Notes under the pieces: generated by a model
Seen by the model: the letters and a program-made list of their open reading frames with translations, nothing else
Databases searched by the model: none
Told to the model about the DNA's origin: nothing
DNA from: an uncultured Acidobacteriota bacterium
GTDB taxonomy: Bacteria > Acidobacteriota > Blastocatellia > RBC074
DNA: 64,000 bases
Reading direction: 5' to 3'
NCBI GenBank assembly: GCA_963796275.1
Contig: CAWCKY010000006.1
Span: 2,208,001 to 2,272,000 of the forward strand
Translations under genes and position numbers: made by a program
Shown: positions 49,035-61,300 of the stretch, in pieces
Layout: every line of letters begins with the position of its first letter
Numbering within the stretch: the stretch's first letter is position 1

Positions 49035-51379
49035 ATACGCTCGACGCCTGGCGATCGATAATTGAAGTTCTGGGGTGGGCATTGATCCATTTCACATGGC
49101 AGGGAACGTTAGTCGCTTTGTCGCTGGCCGGCGTCCTGCGGCTGTTACGTGGGGCGTCAACTAACGCGCGTTACGCCGCGGCCTGCGTCGCATTGTTGTT
49201 GATGTCGAGTTTGCCGCTGTTCACGTTAACAATTATCGGCCTTTCCACGCCGGATAAAACTGCAACCGGGTTACCGCTTCATTTCGCCGCGACACCAGCG
49301 ACGCTGCCACAGTCGGGCGAAATTGAGCCGACAGTCGTTTTGACTCAGGCAGATGTTGCATTGGCCTCGCCGCGACCCTGGTTATTCATCCGGTCGGTGA
49401 ACGTTACACGGCTATTGCCGTGGATGATTCTGTTCTGGCTCCTGGGCGTGGCCTTTCTTTCATTGCGGATGGTGGGAGGATGGCTTTATACGCAACGCCT
49501 GAAGTCTTATGGGGCTCGGCTGTTGAAGGAAGGATGGGATCAAACGCTCCGGCGGCTTTGCGATCAACTGCGGGTGCGGCGTCCGGCGAGTCTTTGGGAA
49601 TCGGCATTGGTCGAGGTCCCGATGGTCGTCGGGTGGTTGCGCCCGGTCATTCTGCTGCCTGCCAGCGCATTGGTCGGACTGACGACTCAGCAACTGGAAG
49701 CGATCATTGCCCACGAACTGGCGCACATCCGCCGCCACGATTATCTGATCAACCTGCTGCAAGCGGTGATCGAAACATTGCTCTTTTATCACCCGGCGGT
49801 CTGGTGGGTCTCACGCCAGATTCGTCAGGAGCGGGAACACTGCTGTGATGATCTGGCCGTGGCGGTATGTGGCGATGCGTTCACATACTCACGGGCCTTG
49901 CTCGAAATGGAACAGCTACGCGCCGTCGGGCCGCAATTGGCAATGGCGGCCAATGGAGGATTGCTTATGAATCGCATACAACGTCTGGTTGGCGCGCAAC
50001 CCAAACCTGCCAATCGTTTCAGCGGATTGTTGGCCGGCGTCATCATGCTTATTACATTGATCACCGCAGGGGCGGGCGCACAAATCCTGTTACAGACTTC
50101 GAGCCGGGACGAGCGCGAGGTTGTTTCCGTTCGCCAGCGGGAAGCGGTGAAGATCGAAACCGCCGCTGAAACGCCGGACGAACCCAACGGCGCTGACGCC
50201 GGTCTGCAGACTGGTTCCGTCCAAGATGATCGCGCCGCTGAAGCTCTGCTGCCAACATTGCAAAGCGAGTCATGGGATGTGCGGAAGGCGGCGGTTGAGC
50301 AACTGGATCAAGTACGCGGCGGCCGCGCCGTCGAATTATTGATGGCCGCTTTGACGGACGGCCACGCGCGGGTGCGCGAGCAAGCCGTGATCGAACAAAG
50401 CGGCGGCGATTCTTCAATGAATATGAAGGCCCTGCATTCCTCAAACCCGACGGAGCGCGCCCTCGCGGCATGCGCGCTGGGCCGCCTCGGCGCGGTCGAA
50501 GCGATCCCGGCGCTCATCAATCTGCTCGGTGATGACACGCCCATTCAATCGATCAAATGCTGGGACAGTGGCGATTGGAGTCCCGCGCGCCATACATTCA
50601 AGCAAGCGTCTCCGGGCGAGCAGGCGGCTATTGCGCTAGCATCGTTAAGTCAATCTGCCGTCGAACCATTGATCGCCGCGTTGAACGATGGTAAGCCGAG
50701 CGTGCGCAGACACGCCGCCTGGGCGATCGGCGAGATTAGGGGTGGTCTGGCAACGAATCGCGCGGCCGCCGTTGAACCGCTGATTGCATCCCTGAGTGAT
50801 GAGGATTCGTGGTTGCGCGTGGCGGCGGCCTTCTCGTTGGGCGAACTGCGGCCCAGCCAGGCGACGGAATCGCTCGTCGCGGCGCTCGGAGATGCGGAGT
50901 GGCGTGTTCGAGGGATGGCTGCCTGGGCATTGGGCGAGATGAAAGCACGCGCCGCAGTCGAAAGCCTCACGTCCCTGTCGCTGCATGATGAAAATGAACG
51001 AGTCCGCCGCAAAGCTGCCAGGGCATTGGGCGAGATCGGGGAGTCGCCGGCTCAATCATCCAACAAGCAGGTATCAAAGGAGAGGAACACTAAGTATGGC
51101 GTCACACTCTCCGGTGAAACCAAAACCCGGGAATTAAAACTTCAGGCGGACCAATGGGCTAAGAAAGCGCGACTGAAGATTAACGGCCGGATCGAGTCAG
51201 GCAACTCCATATGGACTTTGCGCGATCCGAATGGAAAATCGGCGTTCACGGCGGAGTCTGATAAGGGTGATTTATCTCTCGATTCAGGCGATTTGGACGT
51301 TATTCCCGGGACCTGGATTCTGCAAATAGAGTTTAAGAACGGCACGTTCGATTTCGTGGTTGATTGGAACAATCGTTGA
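49031..51379 (+). CDS. BlaR1-like M56 metallopeptidase with HEAT repeats
   Basis: HELAHIRR, ERE.CCD, several AAWALGE HEAT units. ATGA overlap with blaI. Confidence 0.9.
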   Translation: MNTLDAWRSIIEVLGWALIHFTWQGTLVALSLAGVLRLLRGASTNARYAAACVALLLMSSLPLFTLTIIGLSTPDKTATGLPLHFAATPATLPQSGEIEPTVVLTQADVALASPRPWLFIRSVNVTRLLPWMILFWLLGVAFLSLRMVGGWLYTQRLKSYGARLLKEGWDQTLRRLCDQLRVRRPASLWESALVEVPMVVGWLRPVILLPASALVGLTTQQLEAIIAHELAHIRRHDYLINLLQAVIETLLFYHPAVWWVSRQIRQEREHCCDDLAVAVCGDAFTYSRALLEMEQLRAVGPQLAMAANGGLLMNRIQRLVGAQPKPANRFSGLLAGVIMLITLITAGAGAQILLQTSSRDEREVVSVRQREAVKIETAAETPDEPNGADAGLQTGSVQDDRAAEALLPTLQSESWDVRKAAVEQLDQVRGGRAVELLMAALTDGHARVREQAVIEQSGGDSSMNMKALHSSNPTERALAACALGRLGAVEAIPALINLLGDDTPIQSIKCWDSGDWSPARHTFKQASPGEQAAIALASLSQSAVEPLIAALNDGKPSVRRHAAWAIGEIRGGLATNRAAAVEPLIASLSDEDSWLRVAAAFSLGELRPSQATESLVAALGDAEWRVRGMAAWALGEMKARAAVESLTSLSLHDENERVRRKAARALGEIGESPAQSSNKQVSKERNTKYGVTLSGETKTRELKLQADQWAKKARLKINGRIESGNSIWTLRDPNGKSAFTAESDKGDLSLDSGDLDVIPGTWILQIEFKNGTFDFVVDWNNR

Positions 51380-51390
51380 GTTGGCAGCCA

Positions 51391-51426
51391 TGGCGCGGGA
51401 ATATGTACAGATAATTTCCCGCGCCA
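51391..51426 (+). terminator. Hairpin after the M56 gene
   Basis: TGGCGCGGGAA...TTCCCGCGCCA. Confidence 0.45.
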
Positions 51427-51665
51427 GGTATCGTTATCCCTTCTTTTCCTTAATCCGCTCGCCTATTTTTGACCTATTCGACCCGTGGCAACGAGACCTG
51501 CGTCACTCAAGGTGAGATGCCTGGTCTACATCTTCACAATTTTACCGAAGTGATAGTTCGGAGCTATTTGTGGCTAATCTCGCACGAGGGCCAAGTTATC
51601 AAAGACCTTTGGTATTCGCTCCTCATCCCTGACTACGAGAGTCATTTCGAGGAAACGGATCGCAG

Positions 51666-51980
51666 CTAATGATGACGAAGAGCCTGTAGCGGATCAACCC
51701 TGGTCGCACGGCGCGCCGGGATGTAGCTCGCAATGAGAGTAACGACGACCAGCAGCAAGGCGATCAGCGCGAAGGTCGTCGGATCGGTCGTGCTCACTGC
51801 GAAGAGCAGATTTTTCATGACGTGCGTCAGAGCGAGCGCCGCCGCCACACCCAGCGCCAGGCTCAATCCTCGCCAGACTACCATTCGCAGAACATCGCTC
51901 GCCTGCGCACCCAGCGCCATCCGGATGCCCATCTCGCGCGTGCCCTGGTTGACGGCATATGAGATGACGCCATAGATTCC
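51666..51980 (-). pseudogene. C-terminal fragment of an ADOP/FtsX-like ABC permease
   Basis: GIYGVISY.V...[11 protein letters not shown]...[10 protein letters not shown] only. The upstream part is missing. Confidence 0.8.
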
Positions 51981-52672
51981 CACCGTCGTGATGACGAAGT
52001 TGCGTGACTTCATGGGAAGAGGGCATCTTCATGGAATTCCTTATGATTAACACAACCAGGTGGAGACTATCAGTACATCGAAGGCAGCCGCCGGTGTGGC
52101 CGCTTTGGGAGATGCGTTATGTTACGCCTTGTCGGTGAAGGCAGTCCGCAAGCCGGCCCCACGGGTATCAATGGTCAAAGAACCAGCGCCGATATGTATT
52201 CAGCAATCCGCCACATGTAACAAGGCCCCACGTATGCTTGCCGCGCGGAAGTTGGGCAAAGCGCGGCGGAACGGCTGGGCTCCGCGTTCGGAGGACGCTC
52301 CGCCCAGGTTGTTAATTATGTGAGTATGTAGAGATCAGCCAAGCCAAGGGCTAGCCGAAGCTGTTTTTTCTTCCAAAAGTCTCAACCCGGATTCGCCTGA
52401 CTTGTGTGTAATCCGAGGAATAACGAATCCTGTATTTTGCCTAAGGCCGCATAGATATTGCGAGTTGTCAGCCACCTCGCCAAAGGTTCACGAAGATTTG
52501 TGGCGCGGAGTGGTCAGATTGCGCAGAGCTGGCCTCCAGCGATGCTCCCCGTAAACCCGGAATCAATCGGATGTCGATATCCCCCGTTCACACTTCTGTT
52601 TAATCACGGTAGACACCTTTGACCGTCAAAGGATGTTCAACTCTAAACATCACCAAAGCCAAGGAGACAAGT

Positions 52673-54050
52673 ATGAAGAATCACCAGACCCAAATAACGC
52701 GTATTTTGATCATCGTGGCAATGGCGCTGATCGGCTGCTACCTCGGTCTTACGGCGGATCGGACCGCCAGCGCCGGGTCAGTCGACAAAGCCAGCTCACC
52801 GATGCCGACCCTGCGTGGTGAGGTGGCCATCAAACATCTTAAACAAACCGGACTCTACCATTCACTTTCAGCCGCAGTGGCGGCGAGCACGCTATCAGGA
52901 GGTAGGAGACGAAGGAGCGATCTATCCGGTGACGATCGACCCGACCTTCACGCAACAGCAAAAGCTGAAGGCCTCGGACGCGGTGACGAATGACCTGTTC
53001 GGCCACTCGGTGGCGATCAGCGGAGAGACGGTCGTGATCGGCGCGTGGCTTCATGATGGCGCAGGCGGGTTCCAATCAGGCTCGGCCTATGTCTTTGTGC
53101 GCAGCGGTGGAGTCTGGACCGAGCAGCAGAAGCTGGAGGCCTCGGACGGGTCGGCACAAGACACTTTCGGCTTCTCGGTGGCGATCAGCGGGGAGACGAT
53201 CGTAGTCGGCGCACATAATGATCATGGCGCAGCGGGCAGCGATCAAGGCTCGGCCTACGTCTTTGTGCGCAGCGGTGGGGTCTGGAGCCAGCAGCAGAAA
53301 CTGGAGGCATCGGACGGGGCGCCAGGTGACCGGTTCGGCTATGCGGTGGCGATCAGCGGGGAGACGGTCGTAGTGGGCGCGGAAGGTGATGATGGTGCAG
53401 CGGGCGGGGAACAAGGCTCGGCCTATGTCTTTGTGCGCAGCGGTGGAGTCTGGATCGAGCAGCAGAAACTGGAGGCATCGGACGCGGCGGCAGTTGCCCT
53501 CTTCGGCCACTCGGTAGCGATCAGCGGGGAGACAGTCGTAGTCGGCCCAGGCGCCTATGTCTTTGTGCGCAGCGGTGATGCTTGGAGCCAGCAGCAGAAG
53601 CTGGAGGCGTCGGACGGGGCGCCAGGTGACCGGTTCGGCTTCTCGGTGGCGATCGACGCGGAGACGGTCGTGGTCGGCGCGGAGTCGGATAATGGCGCAG
53701 CGGGCTTCGATCAAGGTTCGGCCTATATCTTTGTGCGCAGCGGTGGGGTCTGGAGCCAGCAGCAGAAGCTGGAGGCATCGGACGCGGCGGAAGAGGACCA
53801 GTTCGGCAACTCAGTGGCGATCAGCGGGGAGACGGTCGTGATCGGCGCGCGGCTTGATGAGTTCGGCAATCCAGGCTCGGCCTATGTCTTTGTGCATAGC
53901 GGTGGAGTCTGGAGCCAGCAGCAGAAGCTGATGGTCTCGGACGTGGAAATATTTGCCGAGTTTGGCACCTCGGTGGCGATCAGCGGGGAGACGATCGTGG
54001 TCGGCGCGCCGTTTGATGCGAGCGCCTATGTCTTTGCCCCAACCAATTAG
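52673..54050 (+). CDS. Secreted FG-GAP/integrin-like repeat beta-propeller protein (frameshift near 52885)
   Basis: AAGGAG RBS and signal peptide in one frame. About seven FG.SVAISGET.VVGA...GSAYVF repeats (about 168-bp DNA units) in the next frame. Confidence 0.85.
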
Positions 54051-54840
54051 CGGTCCGATTAACCAGGATGAGCCTACTGACAGCACTGGCAACGGCCATA
54101 CTTGTCCCTATGGCTAGAGAATCGGTACTTCCACCGCTCAGCTCCACGCCGAGCGGAGGTCAGGGCGATAGCCGGGCCAATAGTGTCCTTGCGGCAATGT
54201 GCATTATGCGTATTGCCACAAGGACACCGTGTGTCGGTGGTTCTGGTAGATGCCGATCAGAATGGATATGGTGAGGTTGGGAACGCAGCCCTCTGCTGTT
54301 CCCGCCATGATTGATGTTTGTTCTCTGTGCGGGGCGTTGCCCAGTCAGTTCAGAACGAGAGGTAATAGGAACCACAACAAAAGGATGGCCGCACATATTC
54401 CCAGAGACCAATCAGCTGGGTACTATCTAAAGGATCGCCAAGCTTATTCATCAATACAGCAAAGCTATGACTGGTCCTAGCCCGGAACAATATGTATCAA
54501 GGTACGATCCACAGTGGTATATCCTTCAGCCCGACGTATCCGAACACCTTGACTGACCAATATCCCGCACATAGGTACGGATCATTCATGATGGCGACGG
54601 CGATGATATCTCCTCGCGGTATTCCCAGATGCTGATCGGCGATGCTCACAAAAATTCAGAATGATGAGAACGCGCCTGAAGCTGAAAACCATTTCGATTT
54701 CGTGATGTATTTGCTTGCTTCCAAGGTTCATAATCTTAAGTCGCAGGAGGTTGAAAGATACTACGGTTAGTTGATAAAGAGGATGCGAAAGGACCGAGTA
54801 GTTCTTTTCAACAATGGGATGAAAATTCAAAGGAGGGGTT

Positions 54841-55539
54841 ATGGAAATTACAAAGAACGCAAAAGTCGAACCGGTCAACATGAAGCTAGAAATCGTGTTG
54901 CTCGGCGTTTCCGACGTCGACCGCGCCAAGGCTTTCTACCAAAATCTCGGTTGGCGACTCGACATCGACATCGCGGCTGGCGACTTCCGCGGCGTGCAGA
55001 TGACGCCGCACAACTCGGGAGCCTCGATAATCTTCGGCAAGGGAGTCACGTCGCTAAAGCCCGGCTTGGCCGACAGCCTGGTCCTCGCCGTGGACGACAT
55101 CGACGCCGCCCGCGACGACTTGATCGCCCGCGGCGTCGAGGTGAGCGATGTCTTCCACTACGCCGGCGGCCCTTTCAACAACGCCGTGGAGAACCCGCGC
55201 GTCGGCGGGCGCGACCCGCAAGGGCGCTCCTACTTCTCGTTTACATCGTTTGAGGATCCGGACGGGAACGGCTGGCTGCTTCAGGAAATCCATACGCGGC
55301 TTCCCGGCCGCGAGTGGGAATCGACGCGGGAGCGGGCCGTGGACGTTGCTACCCTTGCGGAACTCCTCCGCGAAACGTCGGAGCACCACGACCACTTCGA
55401 GAATACGCACGCCGAGCACGACTGGTGGGACTGGTATGCGCCTTACCTGAACGCGCGTCAGAATGGCAGCGGTCCGGAGGAGGCCGACTCCGCCGCTGAC
55501 CGCTACATGGAGGAGGTCCTTCACGTTCTTCCCAGATGA
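54841..55539 (+). CDS. VOC/glyoxalase-family protein with His/Trp-rich C-terminal domain
   Basis: VSDVDRAKAFY, FEDPDGNGWLLQE, tail EHHDHFENTHAEHDWWDWYA. Confidence 0.85.
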   Translation: MEITKNAKVEPVNMKLEIVLLGVSDVDRAKAFYQNLGWRLDIDIAAGDFRGVQMTPHNSGASIIFGKGVTSLKPGLADSLVLAVDDIDAARDDLIARGVEVSDVFHYAGGPFNNAVENPRVGGRDPQGRSYFSFTSFEDPDGNGWLLQEIHTRLPGREWESTRERAVDVATLAELLRETSEHHDHFENTHAEHDWWDWYAPYLNARQNGSGPEEADSAADRYMEEVLHVLPR

Positions 55540-55987
55540 CGGATTTATGTGACCGTGCTCTCGAGGTGGGCTCGGAAGTAGCAGTAAGTGATATTCAATA
55601 ATATTGGAAATTCATAGAAGGAGTTTTGGCAACGATACGACTTGCACCTGAGCGAGCCCAAGCGTTTTACCCCTGAGGTTGCACAGGGCCGGAGGTGTGG
55701 CCGTGCGCTTTGTAAAGACGCTTTCCTTCTTCCCATAAACTCTTGAAAATATTGGTGGATTTGTCTCGTGAAGAATTCATTGCGCGCCCATTTAAGAATC
55801 TGATCTCGACACGCCTCACGTGGCTTACCACGCCAACGATGTCACCTTTCCATGACGATGGGGGGATGTGCTAATGTTGGACATAATCTAGTCGCATATG
55901 GCGGGAATCCTTACAGAGGCGCGCGCCGCATCAGTCCCCCTGTCGCAATAGTTCGACTCGCGCCATCCATTATGAATTTTTGAAAAG

Positions 55988-56986
55988 ATGACATCACAAA
56001 AGAGAGACGACTCAAGAATGGCTGCAATCATAGATGTTGGTCGCGCGGCGATGCTTGCCGAAGCGCAAGCGATCGTGCGGGCGGCCGATCAGATCGATCA
56101 CCGTTTCGCGAGAGCTGTTCATTTGATCGCTGACTCAGAGGGCGCAGTGATCGTGAGCGGAATCGGCAAGTCAGGCCACGTGGCGCATAAGATTGCGGCG
56201 ACCTTTGCCAGCACCGGAACGCCCGCCCTTTTTCTTCACGCTGCTGAAGCTGCACACGGTGATATCGGGATGTGCCGGAATGGGGATGTAGCACTTTTGA
56301 TTTCGAAGAGCGGAGCAACGGCTGAGCTGAGCGCTCTATCCGGCATGCTCCGCGAGCGTGAAGTCCCGATCATTGCCATCGTCGGCTCTGTCAATTCACC
56401 TCTGGCTGCCTCCGCGGATGTGGCGCTGGACGGTTCGATCAGCCGGGAAGCCGATCTCCATAATCTGGCCCCCAGCTCCAGCACGGCCGTCGCGATGGCG
56501 CTCGGCGATGCATTAGCCTTCGCCGTGATGCGAGTCCGAAAGTTGGAAGCAGATGATCTCGCACGAAACCATCCCGGTGGACGAATCGGCTACATGTTCC
56601 GCGTCAAAGTTAGCGATGCGATGGCTCCCAGCAGCCGCGTCGCACAGGTTCGCCGCGATGATCTTCTGCGTGTCGTGCTCGAACAGGTCACGCGAAGTGG
56701 ACTCGGATGCGCATGCGTAATCGATGAAGACGGCAATATGGAAGGACTCATCACCGATGGAGACATCCGCCGCGCGCTGCAAAAGTCTATTGATGTGGAT
56801 GCCACCAGGGCATCGGAAGTCATGACGCGAGGCCCTGTGACAATTGAACCCTCTGCGACTCTCTACCAGGCGATCCAAGTGATGGAGGATCGTACTTCGC
56901 AAATCTCGGTCCTTCCCGTGGTTGACGGCGCCCGGTGCGTTGGGCTGATCCGTCTTCACGACATTTATCAAGCGGGGTTGCTCTGA
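55988..56986 (+). CDS. KpsF/GutQ/KdsD-family arabinose-5-phosphate isomerase (SIS + CBS)
   Basis: GIGKSGH, EAAHGD.G, SKSG, NHPGG, ITDGDIRR. Confidence 0.9.
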   Translation: MTSQKRDDSRMAAIIDVGRAAMLAEAQAIVRAADQIDHRFARAVHLIADSEGAVIVSGIGKSGHVAHKIAATFASTGTPALFLHAAEAAHGDIGMCRNGDVALLISKSGATAELSALSGMLREREVPIIAIVGSVNSPLAASADVALDGSISREADLHNLAPSSSTAVAMALGDALAFAVMRVRKLEADDLARNHPGGRIGYMFRVKVSDAMAPSSRVAQVRRDDLLRVVLEQVTRSGLGCACVIDEDGNMEGLITDGDIRRALQKSIDVDATRASEVMTRGPVTIEPSATLYQAIQVMEDRTSQISVLPVVDGARCVGLIRLHDIYQAGLL

Positions 56987-57506
56987 GAAGGCTCGCGCAT
57001 ATATTGAATTGACCGTTCGACCTCGGGGTCCAATCCAAGGGTTACGCACACAGTGACGCGACCGGCATGTCTGCCTTCCTAGCGTGCCAGACCGACTCCA
57101 GCAGGCAAGCAACGCTACTGCCGTCAACACAGCGATCCCCTCCTAAGTCGGCGCATCCGCTGCAGCCATACCAAACAGAGCAAAACTTTCATGACTGCGT
57201 CAGAACCACTGCCGCACTCAATCCAAGTACCACGCCAATCACATGCCTTGCCGGAAAAAGTAGCGCTGGAGAGGCTATAACAGGTTACTAACTTTGAGCG
57301 TTGCAAATAACCTAGTTATGGCGTTTTAAACATATATATCTTCAGTCCCATGAAAGTCGTTTGCCCAGACACCCAATAAAATCGAGGGTCCTTGTTAATA
57401 ACACGCTCTATCCCAACGTTATCAGATTGGTCGGAGGGCTTCACACAAGTCCGGAGTTGGAGAAATTGCAGACAAACATCAATAACAACACACGCACGGT
57501 GACACT

Positions 57507-58389
57507 ATGCTGAACCTGACCGGAATATCGAAAACCTATCCAGGCGGGGTGCATGCGATGCAGGATATCCATCTGGACGTGCCCAGAGGGATGTTCGGGC
57601 TGCTCGGCCCCAATGGCGCCGGCAAGTCGTCGCTGATGCGCACGATTGCCACACTGCAGCAACCCGATAGCGGGTCCATCACGTTCAACGGCATCGACAT
57701 TCTGCAGGACAAGACTGCGTTGCGCCGCACACTCGGCTACCTGCCGCAGGAGTTCGGCGCCTACCCCCGCACCTCCGCCCTCGCGATGCTCAAACACCTC
57801 GCGGCCCTGAAGGGCATCCACGGCAGTCAGCGACAGCAGGTCGTGGAAAATCTGCTGGTCAAGACCAATCTGTGGGACGCTCGAAACAAGAGCATTGATA
57901 AGTTTTCCGGCGGCATGAAGCAGCGCTATGGCATCGCGCAGGCATTACTGGGCAACCCGGCGCTTCTGATTGTCGATGAACCCACGGCGGGACTCGATCC
58001 GGCGGAGCGGCGGCGCTTCCTGAACATACTTGCCGAAGTCGGCGAGGGGACGGTGGTGATTCTTTCCACGCACATCGTCGATGATGTGAAGGAACTCTGT
58101 AGCTCAGGTGGCAATTATGGGGCGCGGGCGCATTCTGAAAGTGGGCGAGCCGCTGCAGATGATTCGCGAGATGAAAGGCAAGCTGTGGACACAGGTGGTT
58201 AAGCGCGAGGAAGTCGCGGAGATTCGCGCGCGCCACACCGTGTTATCCACGCGACTCAAGGCAGGCTCCACAGAGATTCGCGTGCTGTCCGACACTCAGC
58301 CCGAAGGCATGCAACCCGCCGCCCCCGAGCTGGAAGACGTCTACTTCAGCACGCTGATCGCACACAACCTCAAAGACAATCTGGAGTAG
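57507..58389 (+). CDS. ABC transporter ATP-binding protein (frameshift near 58100)
   Basis: GPNGAGKS, FSGGMKQR, DEPTAGLDP, STH. The tail LEDVYF is in the next frame. Confidence 0.9.
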
Positions 58390-58394
58390 CACGG

Positions 58395-61300
58395 ATGCGC
58401 CAAATTCTGGAGGTCATGCAGTTCGAGACTCGCTATCAGCTCCGCTCGCCCTTCTTTCTCGGCGCGCTGCTGATGTTCGCGCTGATTCACTTTCTGTCGA
58501 TCACCGGCACCATCATCACATCGGACATCAGCAACCAGGTCGCCATCAACAGCGCGTATGCCATCTTGCAGAGCGAGCTGGCGCTCTTCATCTTCGGCAT
58601 GCTGCCCATCGTGGCCTTCGTCACTACCGCGATCACGCGCGATTTCGAACACGCGACCGCCTCACTCGTGTATCGTCGCGCCGATCTCGCCCAAAACTTT
58701 TGTGCTGGGAAGATTTCTCGGGGCGCTGAGTCCCTGCGCTTTTGATCGGTCTCGCGGGACTGCTGGGCGCGATGATCGGCACGTTCATGCCGTGGCTGGA
58801 TCAGGCGCGCATCGCCCCCTTCTCGCTGCTGCCCTGGGCGTACATCTTCTTTGTCGTCATTCTGCCCAGCACACTCGTCTTATGCGCCATCTTCTTCAGT
58901 GTCGCGGCGCTCACCCGCTCCTTTGCGTTGACCTATGCCGCGGCGATGGCCTTCTTCGTCGCAGAAGTTCTCCTGAATCTTTACGCGAAACTTGAAATTG
59001 GACGGGCGCCTGGGCTGCCCTGGCCGATCCGTCGGCCAGGCTTACCGTGGCGGCTGAGACACGCTACTGGACGGTCGCCGAACTCAACACAAACCTTCCG
59101 CTGGGGACTGCTGCTGCAGAATCGCCTGCTCTGGCTGACGGTGGCGCTGCTGGCCCTGCTGCTCGCGCTGCTGCGCTTTCGCCTGGATTTAGCGGAGCAG
59201 GCGCCGTTCCGCTTCAAACGACGAACGCCTGGCGGCGCCACAGCGCAACGAACTCCGCAACCCGCAATTCAAAAGATCACTCCGGTACTGAGCTTCTCCC
59301 CGCGAGCCTCCTTCGCACAGTTCGTCTCGCAACTGAAGATGGATCTGTCCTGTGTCTTCAAAAGCCCGCTCATTTACATCATTCTGGCGCTCGTCATCAC
59401 GATGATGATCGGCGAGTTTCAGAGCAATGTCAGTCGGATTGGGCTTGAAACGCCGCTGTACCCGCTGACGAGTCAGATGCTTCCCATTCTGCGCTTCGGA
59501 ATGCTGCCGTACATCCTGCTGATCGGCCTCTGGTACTCCGCCGAATTGATCCATCGCGAACGCGCATCCGGCATTGGCGAGATCATCAACGCATCGCCTT
59601 TCCCCGACTGGCTCATGATCCTTTCGAAGACCGCGGCGCTGTGCCTGGTGGTCGGATGCGCTGATGCTCGTGGCAGTGCTCACCTTAATGGCGATGCAAG
59701 CAGCGGCAGGCTACACCAACTTCGAGCTGGGCCTGTATCTGCAATCCGCGTTCATCTACAACGGTATTTACTACTGCATGCTGTGCATCCTGGCCGTGGT
59801 CATTCAGGCGATCTCGCCCAACAAATGGCTGGGTATGCTGCTGACGCTGGGCGTTTACATCGCCCTGTTGAGCCTGGAACCGATGGGCTTCGACCATGTG
59901 CTGTACAGCTTCAGCATCCCCGATGCCGTCTACTCCGATATGAACGGCTTCGGCCACTTCACCAAACCGGTGTTCTCGTTGATCGCCTACTGGGGGGCTT
60001 TCTGCGTCCTGCTGCTCATTGCCGGGCATCTGCTCTACCCGCGCGGCAATTATTTCTCCGTGCGTGAAAGACTGCGGGATGCGCGCGCTCGCCTCGGGGC
60101 GGGAGTCAGGCTCACTGCAGGTCTCGCCGCTGTATGCCTTCATCGGCATCGGCGGCTGGATCTTCTACAATACCAATATCCTCAATGAATACCTGACGCC
60201 CCGCGAGCGGCTGCAGCGCGAGGCTGATTATGAAAAAGCCTGGGGGCGCTACGACAACGCGCCGGCGCCGTCATACGACAGCATCAGCATGGCGATTGAT
60301 ATTTTCCCCACAGAACGACGGCTCGAATCGCGCGGCAGCGCGACATTGGGCAACCACAAGAAGGCGCCGATCAGTGAATTTGTGGTGTCGATCAATCCCG
60401 TGCTGCACGTCAATCAGATCGCGGTGGAGAATGCCACGCTGGCGCAATCAGACAAAGCACAGGGTGTCTATCTTTACCGGCTCGACGCAGCGCTGGCGCC
60501 GGGCGCGACGGTGAAAATGACCTGGAACGTGACGCGCAATAACGAAGGGTTCGTCGCCGCCGAACCTGATAACGAACTCGTGGCGAACGGTACCTATCTC
60601 GACACCATCGGCGTGATGCCGATCCCGGGTTATGACGGCGGTCGCAGGATTACCGACAACGCACAGCGCCGCAAATACGGACTGCCCCCCGCGCCGCGCA
60701 CGCCGAAGCTGGGAGACCCCGCGTTTGCGGACAGGCTTGGTTACGGCATCGACAGCCGCACCGCGTTCGAGGTTGTCCTCAGTACCAGCACCGATCAGAT
60801 TGCGGTTGCGCCCGGAATCCTGCAGAAAGAGTGGCTGCAGGGAGGACGGCGTTACTTTCATTACAAGGCCGAAGAGCCGATCCTGCCGAACCTCTCGTTC
60901 TGCTCCGCGCGTTACGAGGTCGCCCGCGACCGATGGAAGGACGTGGCGCTGGAGATTTATTACGATCCCAAACATCCCTTCAACATCGCCGCGATGATGG
61001 AGACAGCCAAACGCGGTCTGGAGATGTATTCCACCGAGTTTGCGCCGTACCACTACTCATATCTTCGCATCCTGGAGTTCCCGCGCTACCGTTCGGTCGG
61101 CAAGTTCCATTCCGGTACCGTGCCCCTCTCCGAAGTCGTCGGCTTTGTCAGCGACCTGCGCGCAGTGGAAAATGCCGATTACGGCATCATGCACGAACTC
61201 GCGCACATGTGGTGGGGCGAACGCATCACCGGCGCGCAAATGCAGGGACGGTGGATGCTAACTGAAAACATGGCGGACTATTCCACGCTGATGCTGTTCA

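Noticed and set aside
51469-51669. 66-aa ORF after the M56 gene
   Set aside because: It has no RBS or recognisable motif and is probably debris beside the permease fragment.
52213-52257. Integron attC site (TAAC...GTTGGGC)
   Set aside because: It is too short, lacks proper L-box pairing, and has no integrase or cassette array.
52940-54040. CRISPR-like or non-coding tandem array
   Set aside because: The repeats are in-frame coding FG-GAP units without unique spacers, and there are no cas genes.
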